Source: Bdellovibrionota bacterium
Lineage (GTDB): Bacteria > Bdellovibrionota_C > UBA2361
Length of the DNA: 24,642 nt
NCBI GenBank assembly: GCA_044371155.1
Contig: JBILUF010000001.1
Location: forward strand, 1 to 24,642
Direction: 5' to 3'
Below, one piece after another: positions 7,671 through 17,426 of this stretch. Position 1 is the stretch's first letter. Every line of letters starts with the position of its first letter. Both the position numbers and the translations under genes were made by a program. The notes under the pieces are model-generated. The model made no database searches, was not told the origin of the DNA, and was given only the letters and a program-made list of their open reading frames with translations.

Positions 7671-9173
7671 TCATCCCTTAGACCCCTGGGCTTGAGCGAG
7701 ATAATACTGCCATCCACCACCGAGAGACTTGTAGCTTCGAATTAATGCATCGAAAGTTGCCTTCTCACTTTGGACAAGTTCGTCCTCTGCAAGAAATGAT
7801 ACTCGCTCCGCGTCTAGCACCCGCTGAAAGTCAGCGATTCCCTGTTGATAGAGATCCTTGGACAGGGTGACTGACTTCTGGCTGGCCTCAAAGGCTCTCA
7901 GTAGTGCCTTTTGCCTCTCCCGCTGTTTAATGTATCCCGAGAGGGCGTTTTCGCTCTCCTCAATCGCTGCTAGCACGGCCTTTTGGTATTCAGAGGAAGC
8001 TTGTGAGAATCGCTCTCTTTGAACGGCTACATTTTCACTAATCCGACCTCCCTCAAATAGCGGCAGGGAGACGCCTGGCGCAAATCCCCAGCCTTGGTTC
8101 ACCCGCTCAAAGAGAGAGCCCGAGCTGCGGCTGAGGTAGCCGAAATTCCCCGTAAGAGAGAATTTCGGAAAGTAGTCGGCGATTGCAACACCAACCCGAG
8201 CGTTCTGTGCTGCCAATAATCGCTCAGCTCTGCGAATATCGGGACGCTGACGTAGAACCTCTGATGGTAGCCCCACCGGAACCTCGGGTGGAAGCTGCGC
8301 CAATGCTTCAGTGGAGTGTGTGCCATTGGAGCCCAGAAGCTGCTCCATTTCCACTGGCATTTTACCCAGGAGGACTCCGAGGGCGTTGACCTGCTCACGT
8401 CGAAGCTGTTCAAGAGCAGGAATCTGGGCGCGAGTCTGCTCCACAAGTGTCTGGGACTGAGCAACATCGAGCTCACTAACGAGCCCTGCGGCGAATCGTG
8501 ACTGCACAAGTGACAGACTGTCCTCCTGAGCAACCTGATTTTTTCTGTTTACCGCGAGTCGTTTCTCTATCGCGCGTACTGCAATATATCCACGTGCTAT
8601 CTCTGCTGTTAAGGTGATGTGAGTGTCGCTTAAGAGAGCATCGGCAGCCTCAAGCTCGGCAGCAGCACCCGCACGCGCATTCCGAAGCCCTCCGAAGATA
8701 TCAATCTCCCAACTTGCATCGAGTCCTGCGCTATAAAGATTGCTAACACCTGCAAAAGTTGCCCCGCTGGCGCCGGTAGGGAGCACTCCGTTGGCACTTC
8801 TTCCACTGCGGCTAAACTCGCCGGTGGCTTCTAGCGATGGTAGTAGCGAAGCAGTTGTAATTCCGAGCTGCGCACGGGCCTCTCGCACTCGGGAACGAGC
8901 GATCTCAAGGTCATAATTGTTTGCCAGCCCAACAGTGATTAGCGCATTGAGCTTATCGTCACCAAGTGTCATCCACCATTCTTTGAGTGCATCATAAGAG
9001 GCTTTGGTGTTGAGATCGTTCGCAGTGATGCTCCAGCTCTGGGGCGCCTGTGTCGTGGGCGTCTCGTAAGAGGGCCCTACCGAGGGGAGTGAACATCCAA
9101 TAGCGGAGAGCAACGGCAACGAGATAATCGCCTGGATTAGCGGTTGACGTATCGTGCATATGTTAGAGGGCAT
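7671..9173 (-). CDS. Outer-membrane efflux lipoprotein, NodT/TolC family
   Basis: Lipobox AIGC; NYDLEIARSRVREARA, SWEIDIFGG, LRQRPDIRRAE, YQQGIADFQRVLDAER, YKSLGGGW; AAGGAG SD. Confidence 0.95.
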   Translation of the reverse strand: MPSNICTIRQPLIQAIISLPLLSAIGCSLPSVGPSYETPTTQAPQSWSITANDLNTKASYDALKEWWMTLGDDKLNALITVGLANNYDLEIARSRVREARAQLGITTASLLPSLEATGEFSRSGRSANGVLPTGASGATFAGVSNLYSAGLDASWEIDIFGGLRNARAGAAAELEAADALLSDTHITLTAEIARGYIAVRAIEKRLAVNRKNQVAQEDSLSLVQSRFAAGLVSELDVAQSQTLVEQTRAQIPALEQLRREQVNALGVLLGKMPVEMEQLLGSNGTHSTEALAQLPPEVPVGLPSEVLRQRPDIRRAERLLAAQNARVGVAIADYFPKFSLTGNFGYLSRSSGSLFERVNQGWGFAPGVSLPLFEGGRISENVAVQRERFSQASSEYQKAVLAAIEESENALSGYIKQRERQKALLRAFEASQKSVTLSKDLYQQGIADFQRVLDAERVSFLAEDELVQSEKATFDALIRSYKSLGGGWQYYLAQAQGSKG

Positions 9174-9190
9174 TTTAAGTCGCTCCTTAC

Positions 9191-10102
9191 TTACTGTTTG
9201 GGTGGGGAGGTCGGGTTACCCGCCTGAATAAATACATCCATCAGTTGGCCAACGAAAAGGGGTGGATTGCGCTCAGCCATTCGGTAGATTGCCTGAAGAA
9301 CTCGCGTATCAACTCGCTCTGAGCTTTCGCCTGTAAGGGAGCGTTTCGGGATAACAAATGGCTCAAAGCGCACAAACGTAAGCGGCACTGAGATATTTGG
9401 ATTCCCCCGTAGGCTGGCCTTGGCGGGCATGCCGACAGCAACCCTCCAGGCATCGTTCTCATCAATGTCGACTCGGACATGTAAAGTGTTTGTATCTCCC
9501 AGCACCATGAGAGGTGTCGTTAGAGCCTGTGCGGGGGCAAACTCACCTTTGCGAATTTTTACCTGCAGCACCTGGCCAGCAATCGGGGCGCGTACCATCG
9601 AGCGCTCGAGGTCGGTCTTTGTGGCTTCCACCGATGCATTGGCCTGCTCAAGCCTCGCGGCAGCCACTTCGACAGCGGTGCGACGTTTGTTCATGGCATC
9701 TTCGCTTACCGCGCGCTTGTCGGTGATTTTTTGATATAAGACGAGCTCTCTTCTTGCATCATTCAATTCGGCCTGTGCTGCCTTTAGATTTGCAGAGCGA
9801 ATCGCTAATTCCGCTTTTAATGCACGTTCATCTACTAGAAAGAGTGGATCGCCTGCTGCTACCGTCTGCCCGACAGTAACAAATACCTGCTCGACAACCC
9901 CGGCAATCGGGCTTGCTATAGAGATATTCTCACTGGCTGCCTCTATGATTCCGGCCCCGGCGACGGAGGAACTAAATGGCGATGCCGCAGGTTCTCCTAT
10001 CGGCTGCTGAATTGGAGGCGGATTGTTCCCGAGTGCAACTACCCGGATGGCATGCAACACCCCCAGAAGCGCCAGAATGGGTAAGATGTATTTACGAATC
10101 AT
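9191..10102 (-). CDS. HlyD-family periplasmic adaptor (membrane fusion protein)
   Basis: N-terminal anchor; SPIAGVVEQVFVTVGQTVAAGDPLF and RAPIAGQVL lipoyl-like halves flanking a helical hairpin. ATG 10102 (MIRKYILP) has AGGA upstream. Confidence 0.92.
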   Translation of the reverse strand: MIRKYILPILALLGVLHAIRVVALGNNPPPIQQPIGEPAASPFSSSVAGAGIIEAASENISIASPIAGVVEQVFVTVGQTVAAGDPLFLVDERALKAELAIRSANLKAAQAELNDARRELVLYQKITDKRAVSEDAMNKRRTAVEVAAARLEQANASVEATKTDLERSMVRAPIAGQVLQVKIRKGEFAPAQALTTPLMVLGDTNTLHVRVDIDENDAWRVAVGMPAKASLRGNPNISVPLTFVRFEPFVIPKRSLTGESSERVDTRVLQAIYRMAERNPPLFVGQLMDVFIQAGNPTSPPKQ

Positions 10103-10121
10103 AGTGCTTTTCCTAGCTAAA

Positions 10122-10823
10122 TTAAGTGGCGCTACGTGCATCGACTACATCGATTATCTGACCATCGTTCATATGCGCAAGTCGGTCAGCAAAAGAGAAA
10201 ATGCGACTATCGTGGGTCACGATAAGAAGGGTGCGATTGTGTGAAAGAGCTACCTCACGAAAGAGCTCCATGACGCGATGCCCAGTGTCCTGATCGAGAG
10301 CACTAGTGGGCTCATCGCACACAATCAGGGAGGGCTCATGGACCAAGGCGCGAGCGATTGCGACTCGCTGTTGCTGGCCACCCGAGAGATTGCGCGGTAG
10401 AGCACGGACCTTCTCCTTTAGGCCAACACTACCTAGGACAATTTCGGCGCGCTCTATGGCCTCATCCCACGGGGTCTTCGCAATCAGTAGCGGCACCGCT
10501 ACATTCTCGGCTGCCGTTAGTGTTGGGATAAGATTGTAGGCCTGAAAGACAAAGCCCAGCATTCTGCCTCGTAGCCGGGATCGGGCTGGTTCCTTCATCG
10601 CTGCAAGGTTATTCCCCTCAACGATACACTCCCCAGAGTCATGATCGAGAATGCCCGCGATAACTGACAAGAGGGTGGTTTTTCCGCACCCAGAGGGGCC
10701 CACCAACATCATCAACTCTCCTCGCTTTACTGCGAGTGTTACACCCCGCAGTGCTGGAGTATCGCTACCATCTACATGGTAGGACTTGGTAAGATTGGTG
10801 CATTTTACGGCGAGCTCTTCCAT
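10122..10823 (-). CDS. ABC exporter ATP-binding protein (LolD/MacB/DevA-like)
   Basis: Walker [18 protein letters not shown], signature LSGGQQQR, Walker B IVCDEPT, H-loop VTHD. Confidence 0.96.
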   Translation of the reverse strand: MEELAVKCTNLTKSYHVDGSDTPALRGVTLAVKRGELMMLVGPSGCGKTTLLSVIAGILDHDSGECIVEGNNLAAMKEPARSRLRGRMLGFVFQAYNLIPTLTAAENVAVPLLIAKTPWDEAIERAEIVLGSVGLKEKVRALPRNLSGGQQQRVAIARALVHEPSLIVCDEPTSALDQDTGHRVMELFREVALSHNRTLLIVTHDSRIFSFADRLAHMNDGQIIDVVDARSAT

Positions 10824-10828
10824 GGCCT

Positions 10829-11989
10829 CTATGATTTAAAAACTATGGCGGGTTCGAGCTTTAGAAGTTTTCGAGCGCTTATAAGAGCGGATATAAGGCA
10901 CACTAGCGTCACGGCTCCTGCGCTGATGCAAAGGAGTTGCCATGGTAGCCTAAAAGCAAGCTCTGAGTTGCGGGAGACATGATAGAAGAGAGATGCGGCC
11001 CCAACACCCAATCCATAGCCCACCACTCCCACCACAGCAGCTTGAAGGGTGATCATGCCGACAAGGGTCCAGGGGGAAGCGCCCATGGCTCGTAGGGTGC
11101 CAAAGTAGCGGAGGTTCTCGGAGGTAAAGCTATAAAATGTCTGACCGGCAATCGCCGTGCCGACGATAAATCCTAGGAAAACGGCGATCCCAAAGTTAAT
11201 GGGGATCCCCGTATATTTGACGAAATAGTTAATAGTAAGTTTGGTAAGCTGCTCCGGGGTGTAAGCGCTTAAACCAATATCCTTCCGAATACGCTCGGCA
11301 AGCGCCTCTGGTTCTATTCCGGGTGCGGCCTTAACCAAAATGAATGAGAGTAATTTTCGTTCCCTTGGGGCAAAGCTCATCGCTCTGGAGTATGTTGTGT
11401 AAATAACCGGTTGCGATTGGAAAGTTCGGGTGGTTTTTGCGAGTCCCACCACGATGGCACGACGGTCGTTGAGCTCAAGCACATCACCGATCTGTAGGGG
11501 CTTGCGGGGGCCGCCGGGAGTCGAGGGTGGGGCAGCAAGGCGCCCTTTTGCCCCAACTATATCGACTATGACTCCATCAGCACGACGAAGATCAGAGAGC
11601 GAGCCCTCTACCATTTGGGAGGGCCCGCCGATTAGGGTGGCATCATCCACTCCGATAAGATTGCAGTTTTGAAAAAGACCGTTTGGAAGTCGGGCACGCA
11701 GGAGCCCTTTATAAAGCGGCACTGCCCACTTCACCCCTTCGACACCCCGGACCCGCAAAAGCTCGGTATCTTGCATCGGCTTGATATCGTCAACAAACTG
11801 CACCCGCGGGTCGGCCACCCAGATATCGGCAAGATTAGTGTCAGTGATAAACCCAAAGGTGCGGGTCATAAGGCCAGTAAATATTGAGGCCTGCTGGGTG
11901 ATAACTAGTGCCGAGAAGAAGACACCCGCAATCATCCCGAGGTATTTTCCGCGGTCGCCGACGAGCATTTTAAGGGCTATCTTTATCAT
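10829..11989 (-). CDS. ABC exporter permease (MacB/FtsX, DevC-like)
   Basis: MIKIALKMLVGDRGKY start, one TM, large periplasmic domain, then three C-terminal TMs with YFGTLRAMGAS; ends LEPAIVF. ATG 11989 preferred over 12070. Confidence 0.92.
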   Translation of the reverse strand: MIKIALKMLVGDRGKYLGMIAGVFFSALVITQQASIFTGLMTRTFGFITDTNLADIWVADPRVQFVDDIKPMQDTELLRVRGVEGVKWAVPLYKGLLRARLPNGLFQNCNLIGVDDATLIGGPSQMVEGSLSDLRRADGVIVDIVGAKGRLAAPPSTPGGPRKPLQIGDVLELNDRRAIVVGLAKTTRTFQSQPVIYTTYSRAMSFAPRERKLLSFILVKAAPGIEPEALAERIRKDIGLSAYTPEQLTKLTINYFVKYTGIPINFGIAVFLGFIVGTAIAGQTFYSFTSENLRYFGTLRAMGASPWTLVGMITLQAAVVGVVGYGLGVGAASLFYHVSRNSELAFRLPWQLLCISAGAVTLVCLISALISARKLLKLEPAIVFKS

Positions 11990-12026
11990 TGTGGGTATGA
12001 AAAAAAGGACAAAACCCCTTGAAATC

Positions 12027-12052
12027 ATTATAAGAACGGAGCGAAAAGTCAA
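12027..12052 (-). promoter_or_regulatory. Possible sigma70-type promoter for the ABC exporter operon
   Basis: TTGACT (12052-12047) and TATAAT (12032-12027) on the minus strand, but the spacer is only 14 nt. Confidence 0.3.
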
Positions 12053-12421
12053 ATGCGGTGAATCGACCATTTTATGGGGTCTGTAGCAGCCTTGGTCGGA
12101 TTTGCGCGCAGCGCTGAACCATTACAACCAAGGCAGCTCTGCTCGTATACCAGTGACTTTTCCTCAACATTTTTCACCTACGCTCAATGGCGGGCAAGAT
12201 GCCCGCGCTCCAGAACAGCCGCAGTCGTGGCTTCTGACCACTTTTTTGCAACTGCGATCATTTGCTCGCATGCCACTACGAAACATAAAGAGCACGGCAC
12301 TGCTCCTTGGGGCGCCAGACTTCACCCTGTCTACGTCCGGCAGGCTGACCATCTTGGTCGTAATTGTTAGCAGGTCAATAATTTCACTCCAAAGTCGCGG
12401 ATGCTGGTAGTCGCGCGCCAA

Positions 12422-15400
12422 TTAATAAGAGTAACTGCGCGACGGGATCCCGTCGCGGCGCAGTTCCAGCGCTGCTAAATCAAGGCTTTCTAATCGAGCT
12501 ACCGAGATATAAACCACTGCATCAACTCGCTCGAGCTGTCCCCAGGCAATAATCGCACTACTCATAAGGATAATCGTTCGATACTGCTCGAACACCTCAG
12601 GGCGGATAATTAAATTAGCAATACCGGTTTCATCTTCGATGGTGATAAATACCACCCCCTTAGCGGTGCCGGGGCGCTGGCGCACAATCGCAAGGCCTGC
12701 CACAGCAACAGCAGCCTTGGGCCGAAATCGTTTGGGCTCCCGCAGCGCAGCAGTCGTCACTGCTCCGCGCTTGGTGAGATGGCTTCGGATAAACTGCAGG
12801 GGATGGCCTCGCAGCGAAAGCCCGGTAGTGGAATAGTCAGCAAACATCTCCTCTTGGGCCGAGCGCTGAGTGAGTGAGACAGCGGTGCGCTGAGAGAGGT
12901 CTTCATACGAATCAAGTGGGAGCACCTCAGGCGGCAGCGCATGAATCTGCCACAGCGCATCGCGGCTCATAAGATTCATAGAGCGAAAGGCATCGGCGCG
13001 CGCTAAGAGCTCAAGCGTAGCTTTGCGGAGTCCGTAGCGCTTTCTTTGAGCGTAGCTCCATAGCGCTTGAATGGAGGCAAACTCCCTTTGTTCCTGGATG
13101 AGCCGTTCAAGGATACTAGCCTGCTGCTCAGAGAGTCCTTTAATAAGCCGCATCCCAAGCCTAAGCCTGGTGGGCCCTCCTTCAATCATGCAGTCCCAGT
13201 GGCTAGCGTGGATATCGATAGGGAGTACTGTGGTGCCGTGGTCGCGGGCATCAGAGATAATTTGCGAAGGAGCATAAAACCCCATCGGCTGACTATTAAG
13301 TAGTGCAGCAGCAAAGTGTGCTGGGTAGTGCCGTTTAATCCAGGCCGAGGCGTAGACAAGCAGTGCAAATGAGGCGGCGTGTGATTCAGGGAACCCATAC
13401 TCAGAGAAGCCTTTTATCTGCTGCACGCATGACTGAGCGAACTCTTGGGAGTAGCCGTTGGCGCACATGCCAGCGATGATACGGGTTTGAAACTCAGCAA
13501 TCTTGCCCTTGTCCCGTTTCCAGGCCGCCATGGCGCGGCGAAGCTGCTCAGATTCCCCAGGGGTAAAGTTAGCGAGCATGATTGCAAGCCGCATCGCCTG
13601 CTCCTGAAAAAGCGGCACACCTAAGGTTTTCCCCAGCACCGCGGCAGCGCGCGCATCGGGGTAGTGCGGTGTTTCTAGTCCGTTGCGGCGGCGCAGATAC
13701 GGATGCACCATGTTGCCTTGAATAGGCCCGGGCCGCACGATTGCAACCTCGATAACAAGGTCATAAAAGCAGCGGGGTTTTAGCCGCGGCAGCATCGACA
13801 TCTGCGCACGTGATTCGATCTGAAACACTCCAATCGTATCAGCCTTGCACACCATATCGTACACCACCGGGTCCTCAGGCGGGATGGTATGCAGCTCAAG
13901 CGGCGGGCCGCCTCCAGGCAACGAGCCTCTAGTGTCGTTAATAAGGGACAATGCTTTGCGGATACAGGTCAGCATCCCCAGGGCCAAGATATCAATCTTC
14001 ATCATCCCTAGGGCGTCGATATCGTCTTTGTCCCACTCAATCATGGTGCGCCCATCCATGCTGGTGTTAAGAATCGGCACCGTTTCGCACAGTGGTTTTT
14101 CTGAGATGATAAAGCCCCCTACATGCTGGGTGAGGTGGCGGGGGAATCCAAGTAGCTCATTACTTAGCGCCAGCACCTTTTGAATCGTGCGGTCGTTGGG
14201 GTCAACTCCGATGGTGCGTAGCTCCTCAGCAGTAATAGTGCAGGCCGTCCAGCGGTGAATAAGCTTAGCGAGTGCATCAACCACCTGCAGCGAGAGCCCA
14301 AGTGCCTTACCAACATCCCGCACCGCGCTGCGGTAGCGGTAGGTGGTGACTGCACAGGTAAGCCCCGCCCGCTCCCGCCCAAACCGTTCATAGATATACT
14401 GAATCACTTCCTCGCGCCGTTCATGCTCAAAATCAATGTCGATATCAGGCGGCTCGTTTCGCTCCTTACTAACAAAACGCGCAAACAGAAGATCTATCTG
14501 GGTGGGGTCAACTGCGGTGATCCCAAGGCAGTAGCACACCGCTGAATTGGCAGCAGCGCCGCGCCCCTGGCATAAAATGCCGCGCGCACGCGCAAACTGC
14601 ACAATGTCATAGCAGGTAAGAAAATACTTCTCATACTGAAGCTCGTTGATAAGTTTAAATTCCTCATCAAGAAGTTTCTGCACCTTAGGCGGAATGCCCG
14701 AGGGGTAGCGCGCAGCGGCCCCTTGCAAAGTTAATGTGTTAAGATAGGCATGCGGGGTTACCCCTTCCGGGGTGATCTCATTAGGGTACTCGTAGCGCAG
14801 CATATCAAGAGAGAACCCGCTACTGCGCTCTAGGATTTCAACTGTGGCATACAGGGCTTCAGGGGTATCGCGAAAAAGCCGCAGCATCTCAGTCGGTGCT
14901 TTAAGATAGCGCTCAGCATTTTGCTGCAAGAGGTATCCAGCCTGCTCAATTGTGCAGCGGTGGCGAATACAGGTGACAGTATCCAAAAGCTCTTTTCGCT
15001 CCGGCAGGTGGTAGTACACATCATTAGTAACAACGGTTTTAACCCTGACTGTTTTGGCAAGCTCAAGCGTTGCAAAAAGCTCGGCTTGATTGTGCGCGGT
15101 GTAACTTCGGGTAAGAGCGATATATAGCGCTGTGGGGTCAGAGAGTTCTTTGGTGAGTTTGGTAAGCAGTGTGGCAAACTCGCTGCTATGGAGCGGTGTT
15201 GCCAACGTGCTACCTGTATAGAGGGTGCGGTTATCAGCACAGAGCTTTGGGGGAACAGCGATAATAATAAGGTCTGTGTGGTGCGCTAAGAACTCTAGGT
15301 AAGTAATAAAGCACTGTCCTTTAGCGGCGCGAAGTTTTCCAAGGGTTAAAAGTCTGCACAGGTTGCCGTACCCCGCTCGGCTGGTGGGGTATGCTAATAG

Positions 15401-15733
15401 TGGCGTGCCGCTGTGGCGATACGGGGTAGTATCAAACAGATCCTCTGGCAGAGCTTCTACAAGTTCAAGCCGTGCCCCGACTCTAAACTGGATCCCTACC
15501 TCTTTGGCGGCGACATGGGCCCGCACCACTCCGGCAAGCGAGTTGTGGTCGGTAAGTGCAATCCCTTTCATGCCAAGTAACGCTGCTTGCGACACAAGCT
15601 CTTCAGGGTGGCTTCCAGATTGTAGGAATGAAAAATTACTTGTGACCTGCAGCTCTGCATACGGCACAGTACTTTTTCCCGCGGTGACAGTCGGCAGAGT
15701 TGGTTTTATTTTTTCGTACGGTATGTCGGGCAT
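12422..15733 (-). CDS. dnaE2: Error-prone DNA polymerase III alpha subunit DnaE2 (ImuC)
   Basis: YAELQVTSNFSF, GRGAAANSAVCY, LLFARF, EPPDIDIDF, QHVGG, GVFQIESRAQ, FPESHAASFA, PMGFY, C-terminal OB fold RPGTAKGVVF; downstream of imuA-imuB. Confidence 0.97.
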   Translation of the reverse strand: MPDIPYEKIKPTLPTVTAGKSTVPYAELQVTSNFSFLQSGSHPEELVSQAALLGMKGIALTDHNSLAGVVRAHVAAKEVGIQFRVGARLELVEALPEDLFDTTPYRHSGTPLLAYPTSRAGYGNLCRLLTLGKLRAAKGQCFITYLEFLAHHTDLIIIAVPPKLCADNRTLYTGSTLATPLHSSEFATLLTKLTKELSDPTALYIALTRSYTAHNQAELFATLELAKTVRVKTVVTNDVYYHLPERKELLDTVTCIRHRCTIEQAGYLLQQNAERYLKAPTEMLRLFRDTPEALYATVEILERSSGFSLDMLRYEYPNEITPEGVTPHAYLNTLTLQGAAARYPSGIPPKVQKLLDEEFKLINELQYEKYFLTCYDIVQFARARGILCQGRGAAANSAVCYCLGITAVDPTQIDLLFARFVSKERNEPPDIDIDFEHERREEVIQYIYERFGRERAGLTCAVTTYRYRSAVRDVGKALGLSLQVVDALAKLIHRWTACTITAEELRTIGVDPNDRTIQKVLALSNELLGFPRHLTQHVGGFIISEKPLCETVPILNTSMDGRTMIEWDKDDIDALGMMKIDILALGMLTCIRKALSLINDTRGSLPGGGPPLELHTIPPEDPVVYDMVCKADTIGVFQIESRAQMSMLPRLKPRCFYDLVIEVAIVRPGPIQGNMVHPYLRRRNGLETPHYPDARAAAVLGKTLGVPLFQEQAMRLAIMLANFTPGESEQLRRAMAAWKRDKGKIAEFQTRIIAGMCANGYSQEFAQSCVQQIKGFSEYGFPESHAASFALLVYASAWIKRHYPAHFAAALLNSQPMGFYAPSQIISDARDHGTTVLPIDIHASHWDCMIEGGPTRLRLGMRLIKGLSEQQASILERLIQEQREFASIQALWSYAQRKRYGLRKATLELLARADAFRSMNLMSRDALWQIHALPPEVLPLDSYEDLSQRTAVSLTQRSAQEEMFADYSTTGLSLRGHPLQFIRSHLTKRGAVTTAALREPKRFRPKAAVAVAGLAIVRQRPGTAKGVVFITIEDETGIANLIIRPEVFEQYRTIILMSSAIIAWGQLERVDAVVYISVARLESLDLAALELRRDGIPSRSYSY

Positions 15734-15749
15734 ATGTCGCTACAGATCT

Positions 15750-17426
15750 CTACGTCCACATTCCATGCACCCACCACTGCAGGTCAGCGCGGCTTCGAAA
15801 CACCCACAGCCACACTCCCTCTTTGGTTTGCAGCTTAAAATAGTCGCGCTCAGAATCCTGGGCTCCTTTCCACCACTCCGGCATGATTCGCTCTGGGCCG
15901 ATGCCGGTGATGATTTCATGCTCCTCCTCGCGCCAGCGAAGCCGCACCGGAGCTTTATCTGGCAGCAGTGCCAGTGCTGAGGCCGGCTCAGGGCGGGTGA
16001 GTAAGTAAGGTGGCCTATCCGGCAGACGCAGAGTAGGCGCTGGCCCGTTGATGGCGGCTGATGATTCTTTAGGCAGAGCGTTAATAAGTCTAATGTAGTT
16101 ACGCGGAATGGGACGGAATGAAAACGAGCGCTCAGGGATATACGACTGATGAAAAGCGGCTTGGCACACCTGCTCTGAGCCAATGCGCGCAGAGATAGCG
16201 TTTACAAGCTCTGTGGCGGCCTCTACCCGCCGCTTGGTGACTGTGCCGTCGATAAAGTTATCTTGCTCTGCGCGCACCGGCTCCACCTGCAGCGCTTGCA
16301 CAGTTATCTTTGTGACCCCTTCGGCAAACCTTAGTTTTTCAATAATTGGAGTGACTATCGCACGAATTTGGCCAAGGTGATTAGTGACGGTATTAAGAGC
16401 GATCTCTTTAGTGACACTGGCGCGCTCGCGGCTACTGGTAAGCCCTTCAAGATGAATTTGAAATGTCTGTGCCCGCACCCCATGTAGTGAAAGTGCTAAA
16501 AGCAACTTATCAAAAAGCCCCACCACCGTGTACTGCATCGCCTCATGGCGCTGCAGTGGCACTTCAAACTCGCGCGTAAGAGCAGGCGGGCTTTTAGGAG
16601 TAAGTGCTACAAACGGCTCTTCTATGACTCCCAAGAGCTGGTGCAGCCTGCGAAGCAGTACTAATCCAAACCGTACCCCAAGTGTTTTTGAAGGGAGCTT
16701 TAAAAGTTTTCCAACCGTATCAATGCCAAGTTCTTGAAGCCGTGTTTGGATATCAGCGCTGATGCGTAGCGCTGGAAGTGGTAGTTCTGCCAGCACGTTT
16801 TTGAGCGGTAGTGAGTCCTTTACAATTGTGCAGCGGGTGGGGGCGTAGCGTGACAGCGCCCAGGCAGCGCCTAGAGTAGGAGTAATCGCAACGCGGGCAC
16901 GGATCTGGCGCGCGGCCAGAAAAGTGAGGATTTTATGCGCAATCGCTGGCTCGCCGCCGTGGAGCCGCTCGGTGCCGGTGATGTCGATAGTAATCCCGGT
17001 GTAGTGGCGATCGGCAGTATCAAGCAGATTTTGCTGAAAGGCATAGAACAGGTCGGTATCGATCCCCACCAACGGGCTGACTTTGGTCAGATACAGTGCC
17101 AGCCGATAGAGCGCCTTAAAATCACGCAGCGCATCAAACGGCGCACTCAGTGCGCTAGGGGCTATCGCTTGCGCCAGTGGGAGTGAAAACCCTTCCCGCA
17201 CCCCGACATGATAGGCGCGGGGGCAGCAGCGTTTGATGATGGTTTGGTTTGCCTCTATAGCGGTCAAAAGCACCATCGGGGCAGCGCTGGCTGTGATATC
17301 TGCTTTGCTCCCTGTATCTTTAGGTTCCGGTATACTGCTGCAAGGGCTGTGGGGCGCCTTCGCCTGTTGCTTTTGCTGGATTAGATCCACTGACCAGTTC
17401 GGCAGGAAAAGAGAGAGATATCTCAT
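15750..17426 (-). CDS. imuB: ImuB, catalytically inactive Y-family polymerase accessory protein
   Basis: MRYLSLFLPNW, ITIDITGTERLHGGE, TLGAAWALSRY, LPLPALRI, GPERIMPEWW, RDYF, WWVHG; Y-family catalytic acidic residues absent. ATG 17426. Confidence 0.93.
   Translation of the reverse strand: MRYLSLFLPNWSVDLIQQKQQAKAPHSPCSSIPEPKDTGSKADITASAAPMVLLTAIEANQTIIKRCCPRAYHVGVREGFSLPLAQAIAPSALSAPFDALRDFKALYRLALYLTKVSPLVGIDTDLFYAFQQNLLDTADRHYTGITIDITGTERLHGGEPAIAHKILTFLAARQIRARVAITPTLGAAWALSRYAPTRCTIVKDSLPLKNVLAELPLPALRISADIQTRLQELGIDTVGKLLKLPSKTLGVRFGLVLLRRLHQLLGVIEEPFVALTPKSPPALTREFEVPLQRHEAMQYTVVGLFDKLLLALSLHGVRAQTFQIHLEGLTSSRERASVTKEIALNTVTNHLGQIRAIVTPIIEKLRFAEGVTKITVQALQVEPVRAEQDNFIDGTVTKRRVEAATELVNAISARIGSEQVCQAAFHQSYIPERSFSFRPIPRNYIRLINALPKESSAAINGPAPTLRLPDRPPYLLTRPEPASALALLPDKAPVRLRWREEEHEIITGIGPERIMPEWWKGAQDSERDYFKLQTKEGVWLWVFRSRADLQWWVHGMWT

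Noticed and set aside
12164-12421. 85-aa minus-strand ORF directly after dnaE2 as a fourth cassette gene
   Set aside because: TTG start with no SD and no recognisable motif; competing ORFs of similar length in other frames. Not excluded, but unsupported.
15363-15980. 205-aa + strand ORF and similar antisense ORFs (8099-8533, 6709-7146, 14830-15240, 18730-19149, 21122-21577)
   Set aside because: They lie within well-supported genes on another frame or strand and show no family motifs.
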